Assembly (NCBI GenBank): GCA_036687665.1
Contig: JAYYZZ010000004.1
Location: 22,330-86,329 of the forward strand
DNA length: 64,000 bases
Reading direction: 5' to 3'
DNA from: Pseudomonadota bacterium
GTDB lineage: Bacteria; Pseudomonadota; Gammaproteobacteria; Poriferisulfidales; JAYYZZ01
Shown here in pieces: positions 1 through 14,726 of this stretch (position 1 is the first letter of the stretch; every line of letters begins with the position of its first letter). The notes beneath the pieces are model-generated. The model was not told where the DNA came from. It ran no database searches and saw only the letters and a list, made by a program, of their open reading frames with translations. The position numbers and the translations under genes are program-made.

Positions 1-2
1 AG

Positions 3-347
3 GTTAGAAGGTATCGAAACAAGATATCTATAATGGCCCCTTTGAAGCAACATGATCCTCAAATTATTCTCAAGTGGAGCAGAGGCGAGTGTCTAAATAT
101 TCCAAACCTTGACATGCAGCTTGCATGGCAAGATCTTCAATCACAATGCCCTGCAATATTGGATAATGTTGAAGTCAGGTTTAGGCTCGGAGGAGAATCT
201 TGCCGGCCTAGGGGACGCAAACAACACCATTCATTAAAAAAGTTGATGCAGGAGGAAGGAATTCCTAGCTGGGAGCGCGACAGAATACCGCTCGTCTATC
301 ACGATGAAAAACTACGATTAGTTTGGGGTTATTGGGAGTGTTTATAA
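3..347 (+). CDS. tilS: tRNA(Ile)-lysidine synthetase, C-terminal fragment (5' end lies outside the window)
   Basis: Frame is open from the window edge. TilS C-terminal-type motif HSLKKLMQEEGIPSWERDRIPLVY..EKL..VWG. Sits directly upstream of pyrG, as in many gammaproteobacteria. Confidence 0.75.
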   Translation, partial: VRRYRNKISIMAPLKQHDPQIILKWSRGECLNIPNLDMQLAWQDLQSQCPAILDNVEVRFRLGGESCRPRGRKQHHSLKKLMQEEGIPSWERDRIPLVYHDEKLRLVWGYWECL

Positions 348-449
348 GGGTTATAAGAGCAATATCTTTTAAATACTCATAGGAGATTCGACTGTATTCT
401 GGTATTCTGTATACCCGTCCTTATCTTAAATAGTTGGGATAAAATCTCA

Positions 450-2114
450 ATGACAAAATATATCTTCATAACGGGCGGTGTTGTTTCATCCTTAGGTAAA
501 GGGATAGCAGCCGCTTCGCTCGGCGCAATATTAGAGGCCAGAGGCCTCCAAATCACCATGATTAAACTCGATCCATACATAAATGTGGACCCAGGAACGA
601 TGAGCCCGTTTCAACATGGAGAGGTATTTGTTACTTCCGATGGAACAGAAACAGATCTTGATTTAGGGCATTATGAGAGGTTTGTTAATTTCAAGGCAAC
701 CAAGCTCAATAATTTCACAACTGGGCAGATATATCAAAACGTAATACGCCGAGAGCGTCGAGGTGATTATTTAGGAAAGACTGTACAAATAATTCCAGAC
801 ATAACTGACGAGATACAGCTTTGCATAAACTCTGGGTCTAGTGATGCAGAAGTTTGTATTGTGGAGATCGGCGGAACAGTTGGCGATATAGAATCCTTAC
901 CTTTCCTGGAGGCTATAAGGCAGATGGGTATAGAGCATGGAAGAGAGAATGTTGTTTTTATCCACCTAACATTGGTGCCGTATATTAGTGTATCTGGAGA
1001 AATGAAAACTAAACCAACACAGCATTCTGTGAAAGAATTGCAAGCAATTGGTATACAACCCGATGTCTTGCTTTGTCGCAGCGATCGCACAATACCAGAA
1101 GAGCAAAGAAAAAAAATAGCACTTTTTACAAATGTAAAAGAGTCAGCTGTAATAGAAGCTGTCGATCAGGAAGATATTTATTCAATTCCCGCAGAGTTTC
1201 ATAAACAAAATCTTGATGGAATTGTGATAGAAAAATTGAATTTAAAAGTTAAAGATGCAGATCTAAAAGAATGGGAAAACTATGAAATAGCAAAATCTAA
1301 TAGAGATCAAAAGGCTGTTGTTGCAATGGTTGGAAAATATACAGACTTAACAGAATCCTATAAATCACTTAATGAAGCCTTGCATCATGCGGGCGTCCAC
1401 ACAAAAACTAACATTGAGATAAAGTATTTTGATTCTGAGAAAATTGAATCCGATGGTGTTGAATGTTTACTGGGGTGTAATGCAATCATTGTCCCAGGAG
1501 GGTTTGGTTTAAGAGGGATAGAGGGAAAAATAAAGGCTGTGCAGTTTGCAAGAGAACAGCAGGTACCGTTCCTTGGTATTTGTTTAGGTATGCAGCTTGC
1601 TGTGATTGAGTTTGCTAGGAATATTTTAGGTTTAAAAGAGGCGCACAGCACAGAATTCAATGAAGACACACAATACCCAATCATTGCGATGATTGAAGAA
1701 TGGCACGATCAAAAAGGTACTATTGAACATAGAGATCAAGATTCTGATCTCGGCGGTACCATGAGACTGGGCGAACAGGTTTGTAATGTTCAAAAAGAAA
1801 GCACTGCATATGCAGCATATCAAAAGGAATTGATAATTGAGAGACACCGGCATCGTTATGAATTTAACAATAATTATTTAACTGAATTGTCTGATGGCGG
1901 TTTATTAATTGCAGGTAAGTCTGAGGATGATCTTGTTGAGATAATTGAAGTAAAAGAGCACCCTTGGTTTTTAGGATGTCAGTTTCATCCCGAGTTTACT
2001 TCAACTCCGAGAAACGGGCACCCATTGTTTTGTAGTTTTATAAAGGCGGCACGTGAACATTCAAAACAACAGCAGAATATAGAACACATCAAGACTGTTA
2101 AAACTACGGGCTAA
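450..2114 (+). CDS. pyrG: CTP synthase
   Basis: 554 aa. N-terminal [16 protein letters not shown]. Glutamine amidotransferase GICLGMQ Cys and RHRHRYEFN near the C-terminus. Confidence 0.98.
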   Translation: MTKYIFITGGVVSSLGKGIAAASLGAILEARGLQITMIKLDPYINVDPGTMSPFQHGEVFVTSDGTETDLDLGHYERFVNFKATKLNNFTTGQIYQNVIRRERRGDYLGKTVQIIPDITDEIQLCINSGSSDAEVCIVEIGGTVGDIESLPFLEAIRQMGIEHGRENVVFIHLTLVPYISVSGEMKTKPTQHSVKELQAIGIQPDVLLCRSDRTIPEEQRKKIALFTNVKESAVIEAVDQEDIYSIPAEFHKQNLDGIVIEKLNLKVKDADLKEWENYEIAKSNRDQKAVVAMVGKYTDLTESYKSLNEALHHAGVHTKTNIEIKYFDSEKIESDGVECLLGCNAIIVPGGFGLRGIEGKIKAVQFAREQQVPFLGICLGMQLAVIEFARNILGLKEAHSTEFNEDTQYPIIAMIEEWHDQKGTIEHRDQDSDLGGTMRLGEQVCNVQKESTAYAAYQKELIIERHRHRYEFNNNYLTELSDGGLLIAGKSEDDLVEIIEVKEHPWFLGCQFHPEFTSTPRNGHPLFCSFIKAAREHSKQQQNIEHIKTVKTTG

Positions 2115-2117
2115 GAT

Positions 2118-2951
2118 ATGAAAATTTGTGGATTCAGCGTGGGTCTTAATCATCCCATTTTTCTTATTTCCGGCCCTTGTGTAATCGAAAGCGAAGAGTT
2201 ATCACTTGAAACGGCTGGCATTTTAAAGGAAATTACACAAAAGCTAGATATGCCTTTTGTGTATAAATCATCGTTTGATAAAGCTAACAGATCATCTGAA
2301 AAAAGTTTTCGAGGCTTAGGTATAGATGAAGGATTAAAAATATTAGAAAAAATTAAAAAAGAAATTGATGTTCCTGTTTTAACTGATGTTCATGAAGACA
2401 CACCTATAGATGAAGTGGCATCAGTAGTTGATATTTTACAAACACCAGCTTTTTTGTGCAGACAAACAAATTTTCTTAAAAGAGTCGCGGCAGCGGGCAA
2501 ACCTGTTAATGTGAAAAAAGGGCAGTTTCTTTCCCCATGGGAAATGAAGAATGTTGTTGAAAAATGTAATGCAGCTGGAAATAAGAAAATTATGGTTTGT
2601 GAGCGCGGCACATCATTTGGTTACAATAATTTAGTTTCAGATATGCGCTCTTTGGCAGTAATGCGTGAGACTAACTGCCCTGTAATTTTTGATGCAACAC
2701 ATTCTGTCCAGCTCCCTGGAAAGAAAGGAGATAGCTCAGGGGGACAGAGAGAATTTATTCCAGTTCTTGCTCGCGCAGCAGTCGCAACAGGTATTGCGGG
2801 GCTTTTTATGGAGTCCCACATCACTCCAGACAATGCCATGAGTGATGGCCCTAATGCTTGGCCAGTACACTTAATGGAAAATCTTTTATCCCATGTGCAA
2901 CAACTAGACCAAGTAGCAAAAAATAATATTTGGTTGGAAGATAAAGTATAA
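2118..2951 (+). CDS. kdsA: 3-deoxy-8-phosphooctulonate (KDO8P) synthase
   Basis: 277 aa. Motifs [31 protein letters not shown] and [11 protein letters not shown]. Confidence 0.95.
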   Translation: MKICGFSVGLNHPIFLISGPCVIESEELSLETAGILKEITQKLDMPFVYKSSFDKANRSSEKSFRGLGIDEGLKILEKIKKEIDVPVLTDVHEDTPIDEVASVVDILQTPAFLCRQTNFLKRVAAAGKPVNVKKGQFLSPWEMKNVVEKCNAAGNKKIMVCERGTSFGYNNLVSDMRSLAVMRETNCPVIFDATHSVQLPGKKGDSSGGQREFIPVLARAAVATGIAGLFMESHITPDNAMSDGPNAWPVHLMENLLSHVQQLDQVAKNNIWLEDKV

Positions 2952-2971
2952 AAAATACATATGGAGATGCT

Positions 2972-4255
2972 ATGGCAAAGATAAAAGATATATTTGCACG
3001 TGAGATTATAGATTCCCGCGGATACCCCACTGTAGAAGCAGAGGTTTACCTGCAGTCTGGTATAAAAGGACGCGCTTCAGTGCCATCAGGCGCATCCACA
3101 GGGGTATTAGAGGCCATAGAGCTACGTGACTCTGATCAAGACCGTTTTGATGGGCGTGGAGTTTTGCAGGCTGTTAAGCATGTCAATACAATCATTAAAG
3201 ATAATTTAGTTGGCGTGGATGTCTTTGACCAGGATTTAATTGATACAGTCATGATTGATTTAGACGGAACCAATAATAAAAGCAAGCTGGGTGCTAATGC
3301 AATTTTGTCAGTTTCTCTCGCATGCGCGAAGGCCGCGGCCAATGAAAATAATATTCCTTTATATAAATACTTATCAAGAAATGAGAAGCATGTTATGCCT
3401 GTCCCCATGTTAAATATAATCAATGGTGGTGCGCATGCTAACAATAATGTCGATATTCAAGAATTTATGATTCTTCCTGCTGGGTCATCTTCAATGCAAG
3501 ACGCAATAGCATGTGCGGCTAAAATTTTTCACGAGCTTAAATCGGTATTAAATAAAAAGAAGTTATCAACTAATACTGGAGATGAAGGAGGATTCGCGCC
3601 AGATTTGAAATCAAATAGAGAAGCCATAGAAATTATAATTGAATCAATAGAGGGGTCGGGTTATGTGCCGGGTGAGGATGTTTATATAGGACTTGATATA
3701 GCCAGCAGTGAATTCTATAGAGAAGGTCTTTACGTTTTAGACTCTCTTGATAAAAAATTTGATAGCGAAGCTTTCATTGGCTATTTGTCTGATCTTGTAA
3801 AAGATTACCCTATACTTAGCATAGAGGACGGTTTGTCAGAAGGTGACTGGGAAAGCTGGGAACTATTAACACAAATATTAGGAGAAACAGTCCAGCTTGT
3901 AGGAGATGATTTATTTGTTACTAATACTGAGTTGTTGCAAAGGGGAATTGACACTAATGTAGCTAATTCTATACTTATCAAGTTTAATCAGATAGGGACG
4001 CTAACAGAAACAATCGAGGCAATACAGCTTGCGCAAAAAAATAAATATAACGTTATAGTTTCTCATAGATCAGGAGAAACTGAGGATATAACAATAGCAG
4101 ATTTGTCAGTTGCAACTAATGCTAAGCAAATCAAGACAGGCGGATTTTCTCGCTCCGATCGCATGGCGAAGTATAATCAGTTATTGCGTATAGAAATAGA
4201 GCTTAAGGGTGAATCAACATACGCCGGGAAATCAGCTTTCAAACAATTCTTATGA
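2972..4255 (+). CDS. eno: enolase
   Basis: 427 aa. Motifs [20 protein letters not shown] and [22 protein letters not shown]. Confidence 0.98.
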   Translation: MAKIKDIFAREIIDSRGYPTVEAEVYLQSGIKGRASVPSGASTGVLEAIELRDSDQDRFDGRGVLQAVKHVNTIIKDNLVGVDVFDQDLIDTVMIDLDGTNNKSKLGANAILSVSLACAKAAANENNIPLYKYLSRNEKHVMPVPMLNIINGGAHANNNVDIQEFMILPAGSSSMQDAIACAAKIFHELKSVLNKKKLSTNTGDEGGFAPDLKSNREAIEIIIESIEGSGYVPGEDVYIGLDIASSEFYREGLYVLDSLDKKFDSEAFIGYLSDLVKDYPILSIEDGLSEGDWESWELLTQILGETVQLVGDDLFVTNTELLQRGIDTNVANSILIKFNQIGTLTETIEAIQLAQKNKYNVIVSHRSGETEDITIADLSVATNAKQIKTGGFSRSDRMAKYNQLLRIEIELKGESTYAGKSAFKQFL

Positions 4256-4295
4256 GTATAGATTTTTAGTGTGATTTAAGTATGTAGAGAACATT

Positions 4296-4592
4296 ATGAG
4301 ATGGTTTTCCATAAGCTTGCTGTTACTCTTTCTAGCCTTCCAATATGAGCTATGGAAAGGAAGCAGGGGCGTTGATGAGTTTTTAGATCAGCGTAATTTA
4401 GTGAAAAATAAGCAGTCTGCAAACAAAACTTTAGCAGATAGAAATAAAATTTTGGTGTTGCAAATTCAAGATTTAAAAGGAGGTTTGGGAGTTGTAGAAG
4501 AGCGTGCGCGCTATGATCTTGGAATGATAAAGAAAAAAGAAACCTTTTATCAGGTAATAAAAGAAAAAAATATCCCCATATCCCGCAAATGA
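4296..4592 (+). CDS. ftsB: cell division protein FtsB
   Basis: 98 aa. N-terminal TM helix plus coiled coil, EERARYDLGMIKKKETFYQV. Conserved eno-ftsB-ispD position, with a 4-nt overlap with ispD. Confidence 0.85.
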   Translation: MRWFSISLLLLFLAFQYELWKGSRGVDEFLDQRNLVKNKQSANKTLADRNKILVLQIQDLKGGLGVVEERARYDLGMIKKKETFYQVIKEKNIPISRK

Positions 4593-5308
4593 GTAAAAAC
4601 AATTCACCTGAAAAATGTTGGGTCGTGATTCCTGCAGCCGGCACAGGCGAGCGCTTCGATCAAAAAGTAGCAAAACAATATGTTTACTTAGGGAGCAAGA
4701 CTGTTCTCGAACACAGCATAACGCCTTTTCTTCAAAGTAAAAACCTGTCTGGAATATTAGTTGCAATAAGTGCGGATGATGAGCAATGGAAAAACTTATC
4801 ATTTCCTGGGAAAGAAGGAATTATTTCTGTTACGGGCGGAAATGAGCGTTTTCATTCAGTTTATAATGCGCTAAATTTTCTTGCCGATGATTTGTCAGAT
4901 GAAGACTGGATTATCACTCATGACGCCGCTAGGCCATGTTTATCTCTTACTCTTTTAGAGAACCTTCAGAAGGAGCTTAGCAGCCATCCAGTGGGCGGCC
5001 TTGTTGCAATGCCAATTAAAGAGACCATTAAACAAGCCGACGGGCAATCTAATATAATAAAGCAGACATTAGACAGGCGACACTTGTGGTCAGCACAAAC
5101 ACCGCAAATGTTTCGATATGGAATTTTATTTAAGGCATTTCAGCACTGCATGCAAAATAATATAGAGCCAACTGATGAAGCAATGGCTGTAGAGAGCATA
5201 GGGTGTGAACCAAAAATTATTTTGGGTGCTGCTAGAAACATAAAAATCACATTACAAGAAGATTTAGGGCTAGCAAAGACTTTTAAGAAAGAGGAGCAAA
5301 ATGTATAG
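4589..5308 (+). CDS. ispD: 2-C-methyl-D-erythritol 4-phosphate cytidylyltransferase
   Basis: 239 aa. Motifs VVIPAAGTGERF and ITHDAARPC. Confidence 0.93.
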   Translation: MSKNNSPEKCWVVIPAAGTGERFDQKVAKQYVYLGSKTVLEHSITPFLQSKNLSGILVAISADDEQWKNLSFPGKEGIISVTGGNERFHSVYNALNFLADDLSDEDWIITHDAARPCLSLTLLENLQKELSSHPVGGLVAMPIKETIKQADGQSNIIKQTLDRRHLWSAQTPQMFRYGILFKAFQHCMQNNIEPTDEAMAVESIGCEPKIILGAARNIKITLQEDLGLAKTFKKEEQNV

Positions 5309-5780
5309 GATTGGGCACGGCTATGATTCACATATTTTTACAGAAGGAAAGTATATTACCTTAGCTGGTGTCACAATCCCGTTTGAAAAAGGTTTGCAGT
5401 CACACTCAGATGGCGATGTAGTTATTCACTCTTTATGTGACGCCTTATTGGGGGCCACGTCATTGGGTGATATGGGGCAGCACTTTCCCGACAGTGATCA
5501 GCAATATGCAGGCGCACAGAGTAAAGTTTTTTTGAATACTGTGAAAGAATTAATTCAAGAAAAAGGTTTTATTATTTGTAATATCGATACAACTATTGTG
5601 CTTGAGAAGCCAAAACTCCAAAAATACATAGAAAATATGCGTAAAAATCTTGGTTCAGAACTTAAATTGGATACTAGCGTAATTAGCATAAAAGCAAAAA
5701 CTAATGAAGGTATGGGATTTATAGGTGCTGGAGAAGGTATTGCTGCATTTTCAGTTGTTATGTTGCAAGCAGATAAATAA
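5301..5780 (+). CDS. ispF: 2-C-methyl-D-erythritol 2,4-cyclodiphosphate synthase
   Basis: 159 aa. Motifs RIGHGYDSH, HSDGDVVIH and GDMGQHFPDSD. 8-nt overlap with ispD. Confidence 0.96.
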   Translation: MYRIGHGYDSHIFTEGKYITLAGVTIPFEKGLQSHSDGDVVIHSLCDALLGATSLGDMGQHFPDSDQQYAGAQSKVFLNTVKELIQEKGFIICNIDTTIVLEKPKLQKYIENMRKNLGSELKLDTSVISIKAKTNEGMGFIGAGEGIAAFSVVMLQADK

Positions 5781-5782
5781 AG

Positions 5783-6475
5783 ATGCACATGTTAGCAATT
5801 GAAACTTCTACAGATGTATGCTCTATAGCAGTTTTAACTTCTAATAAAATTATTTTTGATCAAGCGGAGGAACCTAAAACACACAGCCATAAAATTCTTC
5901 CTATGTGTGAGAAGTTGTTCAGTACAGCTAACATCCAGCCAAGCATTTTGACTGCTATAGCATATGGAAAAGGCCCTGGGTCCTATACGGGGGTAAGAGT
6001 CGCAGCGTCAGTAGCACACGGCATCGCATTAGCACACGAAATACCAATAATACCAATCTCCAGTCTTGCTGCAATGGCGCAAAGTGTTATAGAAGCTACC
6101 AGGTCTAAATCTATTCTTGTTGCTATTGATGCAAAAATGGGTCAAATCTACTGGGGAGCATACACAGGCGACAGCCACAAGATGTTTGCCATCGAAGATG
6201 AAAAAGTTGGCACTCCTGAAGATTTCTTGTCATGGTGTAAATCTAATATAGACAATACATGGTGTGCGGCAGGTAATGCATGGACAATATACAATGATAA
6301 GTTGCATGTTATAGATATTAAAAAGGACAAAAAAATTCTCTCCGCACTTTTTCATCCAGATGCAAAAAATATTTTGAAGCTTGCTTGCCGTCAATATGAT
6401 GCTGGAGATTTCAGCTCACTAGAGGAAGCACTTCCTATTTATTTACGCAACGATATGTTTAAAAAAAACAGATAA
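5783..6475 (+). CDS. tsaB: tRNA t6A biosynthesis protein TsaB (YeaZ family)
   Basis: 230 aa. Motifs LAIETSTDVCSIAV and GKGPGSYTGVRV. The start could instead be the ATG at 5789. Confidence 0.85.
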   Translation: MHMLAIETSTDVCSIAVLTSNKIIFDQAEEPKTHSHKILPMCEKLFSTANIQPSILTAIAYGKGPGSYTGVRVAASVAHGIALAHEIPIIPISSLAAMAQSVIEATRSKSILVAIDAKMGQIYWGAYTGDSHKMFAIEDEKVGTPEDFLSWCKSNIDNTWCAAGNAWTIYNDKLHVIDIKKDKKILSALFHPDAKNILKLACRQYDAGDFSSLEEALPIYLRNDMFKKNR

Positions 6476-6480
6476 TAAAA

Positions 6481-7425
6481 ATGTTGCCAAATATTGCAGT
6501 AATGATAATGGGTCCTACTGCGGTTGGAAAAACAGACTTAGCTGTTAGCCTGGTCCAGTCCCTTCCGTGTGAAATTATTAGTGTCGATTCCGTTATGATT
6601 TACAAAACTATGGATATTGGCAGTGGCAAACCTGATAAAGACACTCTCAGCATTGCCCCACATAGGTTAATTGATATTTTAGACCCCAAAGAAAGCTACT
6701 CAGCTGCACTTTTTTGTGAAGATGCTTCTTTTCATTTAGAGAAGATTTTTGCTAAGGGTAAAATTCCTATTTTAGTTGGCGGGACAATGTTTTATTTTAG
6801 ATCACTAGATCAAGGACTTTCCGATTTGCCAAAAAGTAATACTAAAATTAGAAATGTTTTAATTAAAGATAGAGAGAAATATGGTACAAATTTTCTGCAT
6901 TCGCGTTTATCTTCAGTAGATCCAGAATCTGCAAACAGAATTAATCCAAATGATTCACAAAGAATAATCAGAGCCTTAGAGGTCTATGAAATAACAGGTA
7001 AAACACTTACAGAGTGCTTGTTTCGCACTAACAAAACTTTAAAAACTACATCAGATGTACAGTTTTTGAAAATTGGGCTGGTTCCTCAAGATAGAACGCG
7101 TTTACATGAAATAATAGAAATACGATTTGAAGAGATGCTTGCAAATGGTCTTATTGATGAAGTTGAGTCTCTCTATAATAGGGGTGACTTAGACTTATCT
7201 CATTCTTCCATGCGCTGTGTCGGATACCGACAAGTTTGGGAATATCTTGAAGGAAAGCATGACTATGCTACGATGAAAGAAAAGGCTATTGCTGGGACAA
7301 GGCAGTTGGCAAAGCGCCAAACCACATGGCTTAGAAACGAAGAGAACATGTTATTATACGATCCGTGGTCATTTGACCCGAAAAAAGTTGAGGATTTAAT
7401 AAACGACAGAACTACTTTTTTATAG
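6481..7425 (+). CDS. miaA: tRNA dimethylallyltransferase
   Basis: 314 aa. P-loop GPTAVGKT, plus DSVMIYKTMDIGSGKP and QRIIRALEV. Conserved miaA-hfq-hflX order. Confidence 0.95.
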   Translation: MLPNIAVMIMGPTAVGKTDLAVSLVQSLPCEIISVDSVMIYKTMDIGSGKPDKDTLSIAPHRLIDILDPKESYSAALFCEDASFHLEKIFAKGKIPILVGGTMFYFRSLDQGLSDLPKSNTKIRNVLIKDREKYGTNFLHSRLSSVDPESANRINPNDSQRIIRALEVYEITGKTLTECLFRTNKTLKTTSDVQFLKIGLVPQDRTRLHEIIEIRFEEMLANGLIDEVESLYNRGDLDLSHSSMRCVGYRQVWEYLEGKHDYATMKEKAIAGTRQLAKRQTTWLRNEENMLLYDPWSFDPKKVEDLINDRTTFL

Positions 7426-7494
7426 ATAATCTCAAAAGCAGCGGTGATAAGAAGCTGATATATATAAAAATAATAAAAATTTGGAGAAATTATC

Positions 7495-7728
7495 ATGACA
7501 AAAGGGCAAACATTACAAGAACCCTTTCTCAATGCATTAAGAAAGGAGCATATACAAGTATCTATTTATTTGGTAAACGGCATAAAATTACAAGGGCAAA
7601 TAGATTCGTTCGATCAATTTGTAGTTGTTTTAAAAAATTCAGTACACCAAATGGTTTATAAGCACGCAATATCAACAATAGTGCCATCAAAACCGATAAA
7701 ATTTAGCGAGAAAACTGATGCTATATAA
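7495..7728 (+). CDS. hfq: RNA chaperone Hfq
   Basis: 77 aa. Sm motifs [37 protein letters not shown] and [14 protein letters not shown] ribosome-binding site upstream. Confidence 0.98.
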   Translation: MTKGQTLQEPFLNALRKEHIQVSIYLVNGIKLQGQIDSFDQFVVVLKNSVHQMVYKHAISTIVPSKPIKFSEKTDAI

Positions 7729-7745
7729 TACGTGAGCAGCCTTAA

Positions 7746-8819
7746 ATGATGAGACATAAACATGCCTTGTTAATACATATAGGCGTAGGAGCGACTCAGG
7801 AAGATGCTTCATTAGAAGAGTTTTCTGAACTGGCTAAATCTTCAGGCTTAGATCTCACTCATTTAAAGAGAATTAGAAAGAAAAAAATTGAATCAAAATA
7901 TTTTATTGGCTCAGGTAAAGCATTAGAACTTAAAAAGGAAGTAGGGCGTCATAATGTTCAGCTGGCTGTTTTTAATGTAGAGCTAACTCCAAGTCAAGAA
8001 CGAAATCTAGAAAATCTTTTTCAGTGTAGAGTTTTAGATAGAACTGGTTTAATACTTGATATATTTGCCCAAAGAGCACGATCACGTGAGGGAAAATTGC
8101 AAGTTGAGTTAGCGCAATTGCGGTATCTGTCGACAAGGCTCGTTAGAGGGTGGAGTCATTTGGAGAGACAAAAGGGGGGAATTGGACTGAGAGGCCCCGG
8201 AGAGAAACAATTAGAAACTGATAGAAGATTAATAAGGCAGAGAATTAAAAAGATAAGTCAGGCATTAAAAAAGGTGTCAGCGCAGAGAAATCTTCAAGGC
8301 CAAGCTAGGCGCAAAGCTCGACTTATAAATATTACGCTTGTGGGTTATACAAACGCTGGAAAATCAACTTTGTTTAACTTATTAACCAATAGCGACGTGT
8401 TAGCGATAGATAAATTATTTGCAACTTTAGATCCAGTACATCGTAAAATGGTTTCATCAGAGAAGACAGAAGTAGTGCTTTCTGACACCGTTGGCTTCCT
8501 TAGAAACCTGCCTAGTGATCTAATTGCAGCATTTGGTGCAACATTGGAAGAGGCCTCAAAGAGTGATTTGTTGTTGCATGTAATTGACTGCAGCGACCCA
8601 AACTATTTTGAGCATATTGTAGAAGTTAATTCTATCCTGCATGAGATTGGTGCAGACAATATACCCCAGATAGAGGTCTTCAATAAGACGGATTTGGTGA
8701 ACGAAAACCCCTCTTGTGATGGCGCTATATCACTGACGACACCACGTGTATGGCTTTCAGCAAAGACAGGGATAGGAACATCAAGCCTTGTAAACACCAT
8801 ATGTCTGCAAAACTTATAA
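7746..8819 (+). CDS. hflX: GTPase HflX
   Basis: 357 aa. Motifs LAQLRYLSTRLVRGWSHLERQKGGIGLRGPGEKQLETDRR, G1 GYTNAGKST and DTVGF. Confidence 0.95.
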   Translation: MMRHKHALLIHIGVGATQEDASLEEFSELAKSSGLDLTHLKRIRKKKIESKYFIGSGKALELKKEVGRHNVQLAVFNVELTPSQERNLENLFQCRVLDRTGLILDIFAQRARSREGKLQVELAQLRYLSTRLVRGWSHLERQKGGIGLRGPGEKQLETDRRLIRQRIKKISQALKKVSAQRNLQGQARRKARLINITLVGYTNAGKSTLFNLLTNSDVLAIDKLFATLDPVHRKMVSSEKTEVVLSDTVGFLRNLPSDLIAAFGATLEEASKSDLLLHVIDCSDPNYFEHIVEVNSILHEIGADNIPQIEVFNKTDLVNENPSCDGAISLTTPRVWLSAKTGIGTSSLVNTICLQNL

Positions 8820-8909
8820 AAGAATAATTTTTTTCATGTTGTTTGAAAATTTACTATTGTTTATTTCATTTACTTGATAAGATTTAGGCTTGTATCTATA
8901 GGAGCATAT

Positions 8910-10067
8910 ATGTCTTGGGGCGATAATGGTAATGGCCAAGATCCATGGGAAAGGAAGCAAAGACAAACACCACCCGATCTTGATGAGCTTTTAAATAACT
9001 TGAGTCAAAAGTTAGGGGGTTTATTTGGCAAACCCAAAACACCACTTAATGGAAATGGCGATGATAGCGGACGTGGAAAAAAGACAGGCTCTTTTCTGAT
9101 TTTAATTCTCTTTTTGTGGGCGTTATCTGGATTTTATATTGTTAGCGAAAACGAAAGAGGCGTTATCTTACGGTTTGGAGAGTATCAGAGAACTACGATG
9201 CCTGGCCCCGGCTGGCACCTCCCCTACCCAATTGAGACTGCTGAAATTGTTAATTTCACTGGGATACGTAGTGTTGAAAAGCGTACAACCATGCTTACTG
9301 AAGACGAAAATATTATTGAGTTAGCATTTTCAGTTCAATACAGAGTTAACAATGCAGAGAATTATTTATTCAAAGTTGAGATCCCAGATATACCAGGGGA
9401 CAGAACGTGCCGATTTACCAGCACTATATGCGGAGTATTGAATAGCGCAATAAGAGATATAGTTGGAAAAAATAAGATGGATTATATTCTAGGGGAAGGG
9501 CGTTCCGAAATTCCTGTACTAACTGGCGCACTCATGCAAGACGTCTTAGATAACTATGATTCAGGGTTAGAAGTTGTGGCGGTGAATTTACAAGATTCAC
9601 AGCCCCCTCAACAGGTTCAAGAGGCTTTCCAAGATGCCACAAAAGCAAGAGAGGATATGGTACGTTTTCAAAACGAGGCAGAGGCATACGCAAACGACAT
9701 TTTACCTGTTGCAAGAGGTGCAGCAGCAAGGACTATTCAGGATTCATTAGCATATCGAGATCAAGTTATTGCAAATTCTACTGGTGAAGCTAAAAGATTC
9801 ACGCAACTTTTAAGAGAATATAAAAAAGCTCCTAATGTCACTAGAAAAAGACTTTACATAGATACTGTTGAATCTGTTATGCAAAATAGTTCGAAGGTTT
9901 TATTTGATGTTGGCAAAAGTAACAACCTGATGGTTTTGCCTATTGGCGATCTTTTAAGTCAAAAATTAGGCAGTGAGGCAAGATCTATAAGCAGTGACGA
10001 AAGTAATAGCACAAATGAACAAATGGATGGCGAGGAAGAAATGAATCAGCAAAGAGAGTCAAGATAA
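8910..10067 (+). CDS. hflK: FtsH protease modulator HflK (SPFH/band-7)
   Basis: Start moved from the TTG at 8874 to the ATG at 8910, which has AGGAG just upstream. TM segment then SPFH domain (ERGVILRFGEY). Followed 1 nt later by hflC. Confidence 0.9.
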   Translation: MSWGDNGNGQDPWERKQRQTPPDLDELLNNLSQKLGGLFGKPKTPLNGNGDDSGRGKKTGSFLILILFLWALSGFYIVSENERGVILRFGEYQRTTMPGPGWHLPYPIETAEIVNFTGIRSVEKRTTMLTEDENIIELAFSVQYRVNNAENYLFKVEIPDIPGDRTCRFTSTICGVLNSAIRDIVGKNKMDYILGEGRSEIPVLTGALMQDVLDNYDSGLEVVAVNLQDSQPPQQVQEAFQDATKAREDMVRFQNEAEAYANDILPVARGAAARTIQDSLAYRDQVIANSTGEAKRFTQLLREYKKAPNVTRKRLYIDTVESVMQNSSKVLFDVGKSNNLMVLPIGDLLSQKLGSEARSISSDESNSTNEQMDGEEEMNQQRESR

Positions 10068-10068
10068 G

Positions 10069-10926
10069 ATGACGATACGTTCATTAGTTTTTTTAATAGC
10101 AGGCTTGCTGTTGCTAATTTATGCTTCAACTTTTGTTGTACACCAAACTGAAAGAGCAATAGTTTTCCAACTAGGTGAGATTAAGAGAACAGATGTAGGT
10201 CCTGGGATCCATTTTCAGATCCCTTTTGTTAATAATGTGCGCAAATATGATATTCGTGTGCTTACATTAGACGCAAGACCAGAGCTTTTTTTGACAAGTG
10301 AAAAGAAAAATATGTCTGTCGATTTTTTTGTCAGATGGAAAATCAATAATCTCAACCAGTTTTATCGTGCAACACAAGGTGATCGCACAAGAGCAGAGAG
10401 ACGTTTAACAATGATTGTTAAAAACTCTCTAAAAAATGAGTTTGGTGTTAGAACAATACAACAAGCAATTTCAGGTGAACGTAGGAAAATAATGAATTCA
10501 ATAGAAGCTAATTCCAAAGAATTGGCAACCGAGTTAGGTGTGATTCTTGTAGATGTAAGAATTAGCAGTATCGAACTGCCGGGTGAAGTCAGGGAGTCTG
10601 TTTATGATCGTATGCGGGCCGAAAGGAGCAGAACTGCTAAAGATTTCAGAGCACGAGGTATGGAAGCTGCTGAGATAATAAGAGCTGATGCCGACAGACA
10701 GCGCACTGTAATACTTGCAGAAGCTTATAGAGATTCAGAAATTAACCGAGGGGAGGGTGATGCTCAGGCAACTGAAATATATGCAAGCGCATATAAACAA
10801 GATCCCGAGTTTTATGCCTTTACTAGAAGTTTAAACGCCTATGTTAAAAGTTTTAAAGAAAAGAATGATGTGCTTATAGTGGAGCCAGATTCAGAGTTTT
10901 TCCAGTATTTTAAAAGATTTAAGTAG
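10069..10926 (+). CDS. hflC: FtsH protease modulator HflC (SPFH/band-7)
   Basis: 285 aa. N-terminal TM and SPFH domain (ERAIVFQLGEI). Conserved partner position after hflK. Confidence 0.9.
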   Translation: MTIRSLVFLIAGLLLLIYASTFVVHQTERAIVFQLGEIKRTDVGPGIHFQIPFVNNVRKYDIRVLTLDARPELFLTSEKKNMSVDFFVRWKINNLNQFYRATQGDRTRAERRLTMIVKNSLKNEFGVRTIQQAISGERRKIMNSIEANSKELATELGVILVDVRISSIELPGEVRESVYDRMRAERSRTAKDFRARGMEAAEIIRADADRQRTVILAEAYRDSEINRGEGDAQATEIYASAYKQDPEFYAFTRSLNAYVKSFKEKNDVLIVEPDSEFFQYFKRFK

Positions 10927-10950
10927 CTACGAACCCTTCAAATACAGTTT

Positions 10951-11136
10951 ATGTGGTATGAATTGAGTATTGCGTTTGCTTTATTACTTGTTTTAGAGGG
11001 CATGATCCCCTTCATAAGCCCCACCATGGCAAAAAAAATATCACAACAAATCAGCAATTATCCAGAAAAGACACTAAGAATATTTGGTTTTTCTAGTATG
11101 TTATCTGGTGTAATCCTGTTATATTTCTTGCGTTAA
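10951..11136 (+). CDS. small two-TM membrane protein (DUF2065-like)
   Basis: 61 aa and hydrophobic (LLLVLEGMIPFISP). Occupies the conserved slot between hflC and hisZ seen in Pseudomonas-type synteny. Confidence 0.7.
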   Translation: MWYELSIAFALLLVLEGMIPFISPTMAKKISQQISNYPEKTLRIFGFSSMLSGVILLYFLR

Positions 11137-11148
11137 ATATTGACACGT

Positions 11149-14711
<3,563 letters not shown>

Positions 14712-14726
14712 TTCATTACTACTATT

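Noticed and set aside
348-449. pyrG leader as a possible CTP-sensing attenuator.
   Set aside because: I saw no obvious terminator/antiterminator hairpins or reiterative-transcription start motif, and cannot support it without folding calculations.
377-580. Antisense or alternative-frame ORFs from the track that lie inside well-supported genes. Examples: 377-580(-), 767-1090(-), 1385-1684(-), 3136-3444(-), 4294-4644(-), 4473-4802(-), 9139-9324(+), 15759-16094(-), 42717-43112(+), 46940-47323(+), 52200-52532(-), 54706-55047(-).
   Set aside because: Each is fully overlapped by a longer ORF with clear family motifs. Their translations are low-complexity, rich in Cys/Phe/Leu/Ser as is typical of shadow frames in AT-rich DNA, and they have no recognisable motifs.
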